DNA of 24,000 bases from Vibrio sp. Of14-4 (GTDB taxonomy: Bacteria; Pseudomonadota; Gammaproteobacteria; Enterobacterales; Vibrionaceae): the NCBI RefSeq assembly GCF_022347625.1, contig NZ_JAKRGI010000002.1, positions 132,561-156,560 on the forward strand, given 5' to 3'. The position numbers were made by a program, and so were the translations under genes. The notes below the pieces were generated by a model. It was not told the origin of the DNA. It was given only the letters and a program-made list of their open reading frames with translations, and did not search any database. Shown here one piece after another: positions 1 through 8,360 of this stretch. The first letter of the stretch is position 1, and every line of letters begins with the position of its first letter.

Positions 1-10
1 GTTTGTCTTT

Positions 11-226
11 TTAATTGCCTGAGTCTTGAGTCTGTTCGAGTGACTCAATCACAGTGTCATAGGCGCCTACAATTGCTCTTGTTAGCTTGCCATCACTGCC
101 ACCCACAAATGAGAGTAGAAGCACAGACATGGCCGCAGCTAAAATTGCGTATTCAATCGCTGCTGCCCCACGTTGCTTTGTATTACGTAACATTAATAAA
201 CTCCTGAAAATGCTGTTCAGTCTCAT
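11..226 (-). CDS. flp: Flp/Fap family type IVb (Tad) pilin precursor
   Basis: 71-aa ORF. A basic leader (MRLNSIFRSLLMLRNTKQRG) is followed by the Flp processing motif G|AAAIEYAI (Gly then xxxxEY) and a hydrophobic helix (LAAAMSVLLLSFV). Size is typical of Flp pilins. No clear SD. It starts 6 nt after the stop of the upstream lipoprotein gene. Confidence 0.8.
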   Translation of the reverse strand: MRLNSIFRSLLMLRNTKQRGAAAIEYAILAAAMSVLLLSFVGGSDGKLTRAIVGAYDTVIESLEQTQDSGN

Positions 227-232
227 TTAGAC

Positions 233-2803
233 TTAAGGTGTTGCGATAAAACGGTATAGGTATCTATCATTAAGTAACGATACTTGTTTAACCTCTCCGA
301 GAACGAAATCAAAATAACTACGTGTACTTTGTGTAGAAAAATCAGTGAAGTATTGTTCGCGGATAAGAGTGCCGAATGGATCTTTTACATCGTTGTAAAT
401 CAATACATTCTGCTCAACAGGAATTAGATTACCTAACTCACTAACGCTGGGAAGACGCCAATTCGACAAGCCACAAACTTGCTCTGATGTTTGAGCGTCT
501 AGATTTTCTGTGAGGTCCTCATAATCAACCCATCGTGTGTCTCCGCGCTTATCAAACAGTTGCCAAACATGGCCAGTCATTAGATTTTTTGCGCAGCTTG
601 CCTCTGCGCGGTTTTCCACCAACCCACCACTTACATCCAAATATTGCCATTGATTAGGTAAAGTGTTTTCACTCACAAGACGCACTAGAGCCGCCATGTT
701 GTTAGCAGGAAAGGACTTAGATTCCTCGCTGTTACTTGTTGATGCATAAACATACGCTGTTTGTTCACCCTCTTTGCCTGGCTTAGCAGACCAATAATAA
801 ACCGGCTGATTGTGCGGATGATTAACAAATACATCAGTGTCGATGCTAAGACCTTTATCACTAGAATATTCTGAGTATTTAACATATCTAGAGGCCAAGC
901 TTTGTAACTGAAGTATAGTGGGCACTCTCCAATCACTGACTCCGCAAAGTGCCTCTTGGTTGACATTTGAAATATACCCTTTGGGGCCTAACACATTTTT
1001 GCTTTCATCACTGCTGCCTTGATACGCGAAATAGTCAAGTGTGTTTGCTTCAACCTTGGGCAGTAACATCCAAATTCGTCTTCTATCGCCTGAGCCAAGT
1101 TCTAATACGCAGCGCCAACCTTGCTCGTAAGTGGAATTTTGGGCTAAATACAGCCCTGCTTTGTCCAACTTGGCATACTGTTTACCGGCTGCATCAACAA
1201 TAATGGCTTGAAATTGCGAGACAACCGCCCCTGAGTTTTGTGCTCTTTCTCGTGCCGCTACAATAAGTTGCTCTATATTTTCCTTGTCGTAGTGACTTAA
1301 CAAATCGTATTTATCTATCAGCGCCAAGGCACCACTACTTTTTAGGTTTGGTAGACTCTCGAGCCAAGCCGTTAGCTCAGCCCTTAATTGCTGAGAAGTA
1401 AAAAAGGCCTTGTGGAGACGATTAGCGCCAATCTGCTGTTTTTTACCGTCCTGTGTCCCATCCAGTGCAGCTATACTACTGGCAATAATAGAGTTTTGCT
1501 GATGAAGCTTAGCCAGACTATCAACCGCTTGCAGCTCTTTGAGTAAAGCTGCTGCGACTAAAACGTTATACTCATATTCACGCCAGTCACTAACATAGTT
1601 GTCCACCTTTAACACAAACTCTTGGCTTTTGCTGTCGCTACGATTTTTTGCTAAGAGCGCTCGCTGAACAAAAAAAGTGATCGCGGGTTGGTGCCCAGAA
1701 TAGATATCTTGCCATGATGCCAAGGCGCTGCTTAATAGAGTTTGATACTGGGCGTTGTCAGCACTGAGTCTGGTGTAATCAACTTCGGTATCATCTAACA
1801 AGCTTAGAAGGTTCACCACGGCATCACGAGCTTGTTGTAAACGAGCAGCTTGTTCACTTAATCGAAGTTTCTGAGTAATCTGGGCACCATCAATCTCATC
1901 GACTAGCTGAGCACCAGCAGGCAAAGACCATACAGCAAACCATTGGTGAGAGAGATCGGGACTAATATCGCCTTCACCTGATTCTTTGATAGAAACAAGA
2001 GTACCATTTCGCTTGGCGACTAGAGGGCCTGAAAAGCTATTGATTACAAAGCTTCTGACTTTTTCATCAACTGTACGACTGCGTAACCTTTTCGCTGCAT
2101 CAACCTCGATAAGTCGCGACCCCTTAATATTACAAGCATTCATTGCAGACACTTTATCACTCAGCTCATCGAACGTTTGCCGGTTGTAACTTTGGCTCTT
2201 GGCCCAAAAAATAGGCTCACCAGATCCATCTGGATTATATTCTGCAACGCAGTTCGCTCGCGTGTAGTCCCAGCCCTTATCTCCAAAGGTAATCACTTTG
2301 TTTATATTATCCATAGGAACAAATTGCAGTGCTACAAACTCACCTCGACTGGTGCTAGTGGCAAAAAGAGTCTCGCTAGCCGGAGTTGGCATGCCTTCAA
2401 GAGCATTTTGTTTTACGCGTATACCAACCTTATTTTTTGCGTATGCTTGTGGGCCAATAAACTGAGGTTTGGAAACTACCGTCTGCCAAGTACTTCCACC
2501 ATCAGTGGTATATTCATAGTGCTCGGGTTGATCGAATGTGACTGGAGAGTTCCAAATACTCACACTGAGGTCGTCCCAAGAAATCATATTCCCGTAGATA
2601 GGGTTATCATCTGACGTCGATAGAATGTCCATTTTTTCTGGTGCTGGGAATTTGGGATTATTATTAGAAGAGACATTATCTGTCGTCGTGTTAGCGGCAA
2701 GGTTAGTAGCGTCAAGCTTAGGATCCGACTCATTGCCTCCTCCACATCCAGCAATAAAAGCCGCACAGGCCATAATACCAAAGGTTTGAGCGACTATTTT
2801 CAC
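233..2803 (-). CDS. Large lipoprotein with two C-terminal DUF1566 (Lcl C-terminal-like) motifs
   Basis: Uninterrupted ~857-codon ORF. Signal peptide ends in lipobox FIAG|CGGG. Two copies of the C-G-x-S-[DN]-W-R-[VL]-P-[ST]-x-x-[QE]-L motif (CGVSDWRVPTILQLQSL, CGLSNWRLPSVSELGNL) are typical of DUF1566. Probable GTG start at 2803, with AGGAG (complement of 2813-2817) 9 nt upstream. The ORF track's TTG at 2809 is only 3 nt from that SD. Confidence 0.75.
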   Translation of the reverse strand: MKIVAQTFGIMACAAFIAGCGGGNESDPKLDATNLAANTTTDNVSSNNNPKFPAPEKMDILSTSDDNPIYGNMISWDDLSVSIWNSPVTFDQPEHYEYTTDGGSTWQTVVSKPQFIGPQAYAKNKVGIRVKQNALEGMPTPASETLFATSTSRGEFVALQFVPMDNINKVITFGDKGWDYTRANCVAEYNPDGSGEPIFWAKSQSYNRQTFDELSDKVSAMNACNIKGSRLIEVDAAKRLRSRTVDEKVRSFVINSFSGPLVAKRNGTLVSIKESGEGDISPDLSHQWFAVWSLPAGAQLVDEIDGAQITQKLRLSEQAARLQQARDAVVNLLSLLDDTEVDYTRLSADNAQYQTLLSSALASWQDIYSGHQPAITFFVQRALLAKNRSDSKSQEFVLKVDNYVSDWREYEYNVLVAAALLKELQAVDSLAKLHQQNSIIASSIAALDGTQDGKKQQIGANRLHKAFFTSQQLRAELTAWLESLPNLKSSGALALIDKYDLLSHYDKENIEQLIVAARERAQNSGAVVSQFQAIIVDAAGKQYAKLDKAGLYLAQNSTYEQGWRCVLELGSGDRRRIWMLLPKVEANTLDYFAYQGSSDESKNVLGPKGYISNVNQEALCGVSDWRVPTILQLQSLASRYVKYSEYSSDKGLSIDTDVFVNHPHNQPVYYWSAKPGKEGEQTAYVYASTSNSEESKSFPANNMAALVRLVSENTLPNQWQYLDVSGGLVENRAEASCAKNLMTGHVWQLFDKRGDTRWVDYEDLTENLDAQTSEQVCGLSNWRLPSVSELGNLIPVEQNVLIYNDVKDPFGTLIREQYFTDFSTQSTRSYFDFVLGEVKQVSLLNDRYLYRFIATP

Positions 2804-2860
2804 GGCCAATTACTCCTAAAACTTTGTGTTCCCTACAAAATCAGGCCGAGATAGTAATGC

Positions 2861-2887
2861 AAATGATATTTACTATCAATATCATTT
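2861..2887. promoter_or_regulatory. Perfect 9-bp inverted repeat (AAATGATAT-N9-ATATCATTT) containing a Fur-box-like 19-mer, in the divergent lipoprotein promoter region
   Basis: Read directly: 2861-2869 AAATGATAT and 2879-2887 ATATCATTT are exact reverse complements. The 19-mer at 2862-2880, AATGATATTTACTATCAAT, matches the Fur consensus AATGATAATNATTATCATT at 15 of 18 defined positions by hand count. It lies ~60-75 bp upstream of the minus-strand lipoprotein start and ~85-105 bp upstream of the plus-strand one. Confidence 0.4.
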
Positions 2888-2965
2888 GATCTTTTATTTG
2901 CACAAGTGATTAAATAAGCGCACACGATAACACTTTAAACCAAATTTGGTAAACAATTGATCAAA

Positions 2966-5098
2966 ATGAACAAACCACCATCACCTCACTTGGTTGCAAT
3001 CGCTGTTTCAGCAGCAATCTCGCTTTATGGATGTGGCGGCAGTGATAGCTCAGAAAGTACTTCGCCTACCACGAGCTATGCTCACTACAATCAAAAAGCA
3101 TGCGCTGATACAAACTTTGATGGCCAATGCAGTCAATATGAGCAAAAATTATTACTGGCCAGTGGTTACCCTAAGATGCTCAATGTTGGTGGCGCTATTC
3201 TGACCGCTCCCGGCGAACTTGATATTATTTCTCCCTTTACAACCTTAATACACAGCGAAATGCTTTATAACCCCTTGGTTCAAGGTCAAGTCGTCAATGC
3301 CAAAGCCTACTTACAAGCCAAATTAGGCAATTATGTTGGTGTTAATTTCGACACGCTCGATATCAATTACGGGCCTAAAAATGAGAGCCAAGTCTTGACT
3401 GAATCGCTTATTCAAGCACAACAAAGCGGTCCAAGTGGCGCTTCTCCTTTGGTCAAAATCGCTCACGCCCTCGATATGATGATAAAGTACAAAACGCTGG
3501 ATCTGAGCTCAATAAACTTAGACAAAGAGAGTTCACAACAGCTGAACCTTGATGGAGCGGTTCTTATACATGGGTCTCAGGAGGAAAAGGGACTCAAGTC
3601 ACTTAAATCGATTGCACTAAACCCAGCCAACAATAAACTCCTCTATCTCGACGACTTAGATACGGTTAAAGAACTGAGTACTTCAGTCAAAAGAGCAGCT
3701 GGCTTAGCGACTTACCAGCAAGCGCCCTCAGAGGGAGCAATAGCCCCAAGTTCAATAACAAGAGCAAGTCTCAGAAATGATGACCATCACGAATCAGACC
3801 ATGATAAAGAACACGACGATTTTGGTGGTAACGCAAGTAACCTACCGGATTTTGAAAAGGATGCTTCTCGAGAGCTAAAGCAAGTATTGCCTGCATTAAA
3901 TGGCGTACAATCCTATAAGCTTTATAACCCCCAAAACCACGCTATCCAAGTCGATGCATGTGAAGCGAGTGGCGGCAATGGTATTTTACTAACCAGCCTG
4001 CAAGATAACACTGGCCACGACAGCTCTTCAGAGGCTCCTGACATAATCACAATTCAACCTTCTGCGGCTATTGATACTATCGGCGGGGCATCTGGCAGCG
4101 AGTTACCGACCTTGCCACCAGCTCCAGTGGTGATTGAGCCCTCTTCTGCCGCCTGTTACAACGATAACTTTGAATGGATGAAGCCCCTATACAGCCAGAG
4201 TAGTATTCTGGCCCGTTGGGATAATGGCTTAGATACAAAAAAGGACCAGCTCTGGCTTTTGGATGAAATAAGCCTAAATAAATTATCACTACTGGATCAA
4301 GTCTCTGAAAAAAAAATCCTTATATCTAAAGATGAGCAAGACATCCTGCTCATTGCGGATAGTGACAGCCAAACAATTGGCACATTAGAAGCTAAGTTGA
4401 TTCCACTGAACAATCGAAGTTTTGGCTCCCCATCAATGATCAAACTTCAAAAAGACGACAGTTACCCGATTATTACTACCGCCAGTTTCGCTGCCAACCA
4501 GCAGATTGTATTTGCTTTACAAGACGAAAATACAACAAAACACAAAATCATTTGGATAAATAAAAGCGCGCCGACCAAACCCTTATCTAGTATCCAAGGC
4601 CAAGGGCAAGGGCAAGGGCAAGGGCAAGGGGTTATAAAGTATTTAGAATCATCGCCCGATGGTAAGTTTACCGTTGCAGTTACGAAAAAAAATATCTACT
4701 TACTTGATAATCAAACCCAGCGGATTTCCAAAACAATCGACTTTGATGCAAGCAGCATGACAGACTTATTTGTCCAGAATGATAAGGCGATTGCAATTGG
4801 AGAAGGCAAAGTTGATTATTTCCAGTTTGCTAATATTTCTGGCCCTCCGCTGATCGTTGCTACTCACTTAATTACCAAACAATTAGTCAATCAATGGGGC
4901 AAAGCACAGCTAGGTCCAATTACTTTGTATGATATGTTAAACCAAACCCCTCAATACACTAACTTGGCAGCTCATAACATACTGACTCCATTTAAAAACA
5001 TTAACTTAGAATGGAATGTATTAGGTGGCCAGGTTAGAAGCGTGAACATTAGTGGCACCTACAGGGGAGAAGATATTGCTATCACCAAGCCTCTATAA
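2966..5098 (+). CDS. Lipoprotein of unknown function, with an Asp/His-rich acidic segment and a (QG)6 repeat
   Basis: Long ORF. The ATG at 2966 gives MNKPPSPHLVAIAVSAAISLYG|CGGSDSS, a lipobox (the track's TTG at 2957 is less likely). It contains DDHHESDHDKEHDD (3779-3820) and QGQGQGQGQGQG (4595-4630). The C-terminal part has short beta-strand-like repeats (possible beta-propeller, a guess). No recognisable family. The SD is weak. Confidence 0.7.
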   Translation: MNKPPSPHLVAIAVSAAISLYGCGGSDSSESTSPTTSYAHYNQKACADTNFDGQCSQYEQKLLLASGYPKMLNVGGAILTAPGELDIISPFTTLIHSEMLYNPLVQGQVVNAKAYLQAKLGNYVGVNFDTLDINYGPKNESQVLTESLIQAQQSGPSGASPLVKIAHALDMMIKYKTLDLSSINLDKESSQQLNLDGAVLIHGSQEEKGLKSLKSIALNPANNKLLYLDDLDTVKELSTSVKRAAGLATYQQAPSEGAIAPSSITRASLRNDDHHESDHDKEHDDFGGNASNLPDFEKDASRELKQVLPALNGVQSYKLYNPQNHAIQVDACEASGGNGILLTSLQDNTGHDSSSEAPDIITIQPSAAIDTIGGASGSELPTLPPAPVVIEPSSAACYNDNFEWMKPLYSQSSILARWDNGLDTKKDQLWLLDEISLNKLSLLDQVSEKKILISKDEQDILLIADSDSQTIGTLEAKLIPLNNRSFGSPSMIKLQKDDSYPIITTASFAANQQIVFALQDENTTKHKIIWINKSAPTKPLSSIQGQGQGQGQGQGVIKYLESSPDGKFTVAVTKKNIYLLDNQTQRISKTIDFDASSMTDLFVQNDKAIAIGEGKVDYFQFANISGPPLIVATHLITKQLVNQWGKAQLGPITLYDMLNQTPQYTNLAAHNILTPFKNINLEWNVLGGQVRSVNISGTYRGEDIAITKPL
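4595..4630 (+). repeat. In-frame hexanucleotide tandem repeat: CAAGGC followed by 5x CAAGGG, encoding (Gln-Gly)6
   Basis: Read directly: caaggc caaggg caaggg caaggg caaggg caaggg inside the 2966-5098 CDS. Confidence 0.95.
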
Positions 5099-5107
5099 AA
5101 GATAAAT

Positions 5108-5149
5108 GTGTTGGTCCTCTCGCTACTTAAAGACCAACACCCTTTTATT
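5108..5149 (+). terminator. Rho-independent terminator after the lipoprotein gene
   Basis: 9-bp stem GTGTTGGTC (5108-5116) / GACCAACAC (5132-5140) with a 15-nt loop, followed by CCTTTTATT. It begins 10 nt after the stop codon. Confidence 0.7.
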
Positions 5150-5276
5150 CTCTAGTTCCAACAAACCGATTAGTTCGCCTTTATAAGAACCGACCCAAAT
5201 TCCACAACATGGCGACTAGACATAAGAGCCTACTGTCGATATGTTTCTCAATCATTAGGTTATAAAGGATGTTCTG

Positions 5277-5999
5277 ATGACCCCGACTATAGAAACAATT
5301 TTATCTCATCGTTCCATTCGTAAGTTTACCGAGCAAGCGATTGACCCTGAGCAGCTAGATACCATTATCCAATCCGGACTTGCTGCATCTTCATCAAGCA
5401 TGCTTCAAGTGGTCTCTATTATTCGCGTCACCGATTTGGACAAACGTAAAACCTTAGCAAAGCTCGCTGGCAATCAACCTTATGTAGCAAGCGCAGCGGA
5501 GTTTTTGGTATTTTGCATCGATTATCACAGGCATTTTACTATCAACCCTAAGGTCAATGCTGAGTATACAGAACTCACTATCATTGGAGCGGTAGACTGT
5601 GGAATTATGGCTCAAAACTGCCTTTTGTCTGCTGAATCGCTAGGGTTAGGAGGCGTCTATATTGGGGGACTCAGAAATTCGGCATCTGAGGTCGATGAAC
5701 TTCTCGAATTACCGCAGCATTGCGCCGTTTTGTTCGGATTGTGCCTTGGCCATCCTGATCAAGACCCGCAGATCAAACCTCGACTACCAGCGAAAGTGAT
5801 CATGCATGAAAACAGCTATCAAGCTATAGATTTATCCAACATTGAGAGTTACGATAAAAAGATGCAAGACTACTACGCAAGTCGCAGCGCCAATCAAAAG
5901 CAAAGTATTTGGTCTCAAGAAGTGACTAACAAGCTTGCTGGTGAGTCCCGTCCACACATCAAAGGCTACCTAAATCATAAAGGGTTAACCAAACGCTGA
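5277..5999 (+). CDS. nfsA: Oxygen-insensitive NADPH nitroreductase (NfsA / flavin reductase P family)
   Basis: 240 aa. MTPTIETILSHRSIRKFT..., SSSSMLQVVSIIRVTD, AAEFLVFCIDYHRH, AESLGLGGVYIGGLRN, LPQH...LFGLCLGHP...KPRLPA...HENSY and ESRPHI are colinear with E. coli NfsA as I recall it, at the same length. AAGGA SD about 8 nt upstream. Confidence 0.9.
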   Translation: MTPTIETILSHRSIRKFTEQAIDPEQLDTIIQSGLAASSSSMLQVVSIIRVTDLDKRKTLAKLAGNQPYVASAAEFLVFCIDYHRHFTINPKVNAEYTELTIIGAVDCGIMAQNCLLSAESLGLGGVYIGGLRNSASEVDELLELPQHCAVLFGLCLGHPDQDPQIKPRLPAKVIMHENSYQAIDLSNIESYDKKMQDYYASRSANQKQSIWSQEVTNKLAGESRPHIKGYLNHKGLTKR

Positions 6000-6018
6000 G
6001 TTCACGATGAAATAAAAA

Positions 6019-6076
6019 GCAGCACTAACCGCACGTTCTTAGGGGTGTTAGGAGCATGTTTCAATGCTAGTGCTGC
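6019..6076. terminator. Bidirectional hairpin between nfsA and the divergent sORF transcript
   Basis: Outer stem GCAGCACTA (6019-6027) / TAGTGCTGC (6068-6076) with an inner mini-hairpin AGCAT-gtttca-ATGCT (6053-6068). On the minus strand it is followed immediately by TTTTTATTT. On the plus strand it is followed by ATAAGTTATTTATTTT. The loop is unusually long (40 nt), so the structure is uncertain. Confidence 0.5.
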
Positions 6077-6127
6077 ATAAGTTATTTATTTTGTGGTTTC
6101 AGTTTATCTTAAAGCCTTCCAACCAAA

Positions 6128-6253
6128 TCAGAATGACCATTGGCATAGGTTAATCAAGTTCAAAATAGCACGACGCTCCCATTTAGACTGGGCAAGCTCT
6201 AGCCTGGCATAATAATAGGTCGCCATCTGGTTATGCTTATTCGTATTCATCAT
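6128..6253 (-). CDS. Unannotated 41-codon small ORF (or the coding part of an sRNA) divergent from the SgrR-family regulator gene
   Basis: My own translation of the minus strand: ATGATG...TGA = MMNTNKHNQMATYYYARLELAQSKWERRAILNLINLCQWSF. SD-like GAGAGGA lies 5-6 nt upstream of the ATG. A -10-like TAATAT (complement of 6277-6282) lies upstream. The hairpin plus U-tract at 6076-6010 lies downstream. The ORF is below the 60-aa cutoff of the supplied track. Confidence 0.35.
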   Translation of the reverse strand: MMNTNKHNQMATYYYARLELAQSKWERRAILNLINLCQWSF

Positions 6254-6432
6254 TTTGTCCTCTCTGATTACCTCAGATATTATCTCGCCATATAGGGAAA
6301 CTTAAAACTGAGACATTTCAAAAATACCTTTCCTAATTTTGATAAAAATAACCATAACTTCACTAAAATCGACTGTATTCTGATAAAATAGGGAAAATAA
6401 CACTTCAATAAAATGCTTGTTTTGGAGCCCAA

Positions 6433-8184
6433 ATGTCAGATCTCAATTTGCTGCGCTATTACGCACGCCTTGAACCATTAGGTGTTGGGGAGGACATTAA
6501 AACAGCGCTACCGGATATCGCTGAACGGCTATTTACTAGCCATCGCCATGCAAGAAACTTACTCAATCAAATGCAACAACTAGAGTGGCTATCATGGGCC
6601 CCCAAAGTGGGAAGGCATCAAAGGTCAACTCTTGTGCTCAACTTAACACTGACAGACCTCAAATCTCAGTTGGCAAGCAAACGCATACGACAAGGTCAAT
6701 ACGAACAGGCCTTAAGCATTCTCGATGATGATCAAAAAGCGTTTGGGCGTTTGCTACAAAGTACGTCAGGGGCCACAATACGTGAGGGACTACTGCATAT
6801 ACAGCTGACTTATAAACGCTCTTTTGAACGCATAGTGCCACACCAATTACAGCGCTCGAGCGAACGTTATCTACTCAGGCAGATATACTGCTGCCTAGTG
6901 AGTAGTGACCTAGAAGGCCACTTGAAGCCTCAACTGGCTCACCACTGGCAATGCGAAAACAAGGGTCATGAATGGACTTTCTACCTTAGGCCTGCATTGA
7001 CCTTTCATAATGGCGCCGCTATTGATGCCGATAGTATTGTGAGTCTTTTTGCTAAACTATCGACATTGCCAAACTACCGGGACGAGCTGGCTCATTTAGA
7101 AAGCGTCACTTCACCACAGCCGAATAAGGTCGTATTCGAATTTTCAAAACCCGATCTTGGGTTTGGCGGTTTGGTTTCAGGAGTAAAGTACGCCATCCAA
7201 CCTACCAGCCAAGTCAATAATGCAAACCATTATGGTGTCATCGGCTCTGGACCATTTGAAGTACGAGAACACAGAGAAGATCGCCTTTGTCTGCAAGCAT
7301 TCGAGCGCTATTACGGCTGCCGTGCTTTAACTGACCAAGTCACTATCTGGAAATTGGACGAAAAAGAACTGACGAATAGACAAATTCAAACCAACCAACC
7401 TGGCGTACAAGGCAATAACGAGTGTGAATACCACCTTTCTCATACAGATGACGCTCAACTTCACAGCAATAGCCACAAGTCACGACTCGAAGATGGGTGC
7501 ATGCTAGTTTTATTCAATCAATCGTCTCCTTCTGCGCTTGATGACAACCAAAAACGCTATTTATCATGCATACTCAATCCACAGCGTGTTTATGACCAAC
7601 TCAAACTTAACCAAACACTGTTTGGTTGCAGCAAAGCATACAACATACTTCCTGCATGGCCACCAGTGTTAAGGCCACAAGAGCCAGAGGCTGATCTTCC
7701 CCCACACATAGACATTGCTGTCTATGACTACAGAGCGCTGATAGACTGTGCTCTCGCCATTAAAAGCCTATTAAATAAACTGGGTATTGAAACTAGAGTC
7801 AGTACCTACTCTTATCGTAAGCTTTATGAAATGTCACAAAACAACCAATTAGCCGAAACGCTAGTCGTGACCAATATCAATTTGGATGATAATCGACACT
7901 CTTCAACCTTTTATAACTTATACACTAATCCAGTACTTCATACTTGTATTGGTCACAAGGCCAAACAGTGGCTCATACACTCGCTAGAACAAATTCGTGA
8001 AACGACACCTCTCGATCGATATCTCGATGCAATAGAGCCCATTGCTTCAACCTTTATTCATCAGTACTGGGTAACACCTTTATTTCACCACCGACAGACA
8101 CTGCGCTTTCATGGTGTACTTAAAAATGTTGAGCTAACCAACTGGGGTTGGCCCGATATCAAAAATGTCTGGTCAACAGACTAA
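6433..8184 (+). CDS. SgrR-family transcriptional regulator (N-terminal winged-helix SgrR_N plus solute-binding-protein family 5-like domain)
   Basis: 583 aa. The N-terminus SHRHARNLLNQMQQLEWLSWAPKVGRHQRSTLVL parallels E. coli SgrR ([33 protein letters not shown], from memory). The remaining ~480 aa have the length and character of a periplasmic-binding-protein-like sensor domain. TGGAG SD 6 nt upstream. Orthology to sgrR itself versus a paralogue cannot be decided here. Confidence 0.8.
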   Translation: MSDLNLLRYYARLEPLGVGEDIKTALPDIAERLFTSHRHARNLLNQMQQLEWLSWAPKVGRHQRSTLVLNLTLTDLKSQLASKRIRQGQYEQALSILDDDQKAFGRLLQSTSGATIREGLLHIQLTYKRSFERIVPHQLQRSSERYLLRQIYCCLVSSDLEGHLKPQLAHHWQCENKGHEWTFYLRPALTFHNGAAIDADSIVSLFAKLSTLPNYRDELAHLESVTSPQPNKVVFEFSKPDLGFGGLVSGVKYAIQPTSQVNNANHYGVIGSGPFEVREHREDRLCLQAFERYYGCRALTDQVTIWKLDEKELTNRQIQTNQPGVQGNNECEYHLSHTDDAQLHSNSHKSRLEDGCMLVLFNQSSPSALDDNQKRYLSCILNPQRVYDQLKLNQTLFGCSKAYNILPAWPPVLRPQEPEADLPPHIDIAVYDYRALIDCALAIKSLLNKLGIETRVSTYSYRKLYEMSQNNQLAETLVVTNINLDDNRHSSTFYNLYTNPVLHTCIGHKAKQWLIHSLEQIRETTPLDRYLDAIEPIASTFIHQYWVTPLFHHRQTLRFHGVLKNVELTNWGWPDIKNVWSTD

Positions 8185-8227
8185 GCCGTTGGAGAACTGA
8201 ACAAATATTGTTATAGGACTCATCACT

Positions 8228-8250
8228 TAAACGACGATTCGAGTCGTTTA
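8228..8250 (+). terminator. Hairpin downstream of the SgrR-family gene (weak terminator candidate)
   Basis: TAAACGAC (8228-8235), 7-nt loop, GTCGTTTA (8243-8250), about 45 nt after the stop. There is no U-tract after it, hence the low confidence. Confidence 0.25.
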
Positions 8251-8360
8251 TCACGTAACGAAGACCAACTCTTTATCCTAGATTTGAAATTTGAGTCCTG
8301 TCACAAGGCATCCCTTGAATTTCATACTTGATTACCTATCATTTCACACAAAGACACTGT

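Noticed and set aside
4595-4630. Checked whether the CAAGGG tandem array could be a CRISPR-like or intergenic repeat.
   Set aside because: It is a contiguous 6-bp microsatellite with no spacers, lying in-frame inside a CDS (it encodes QG repeats). It is reported only as a coding simple-sequence repeat.
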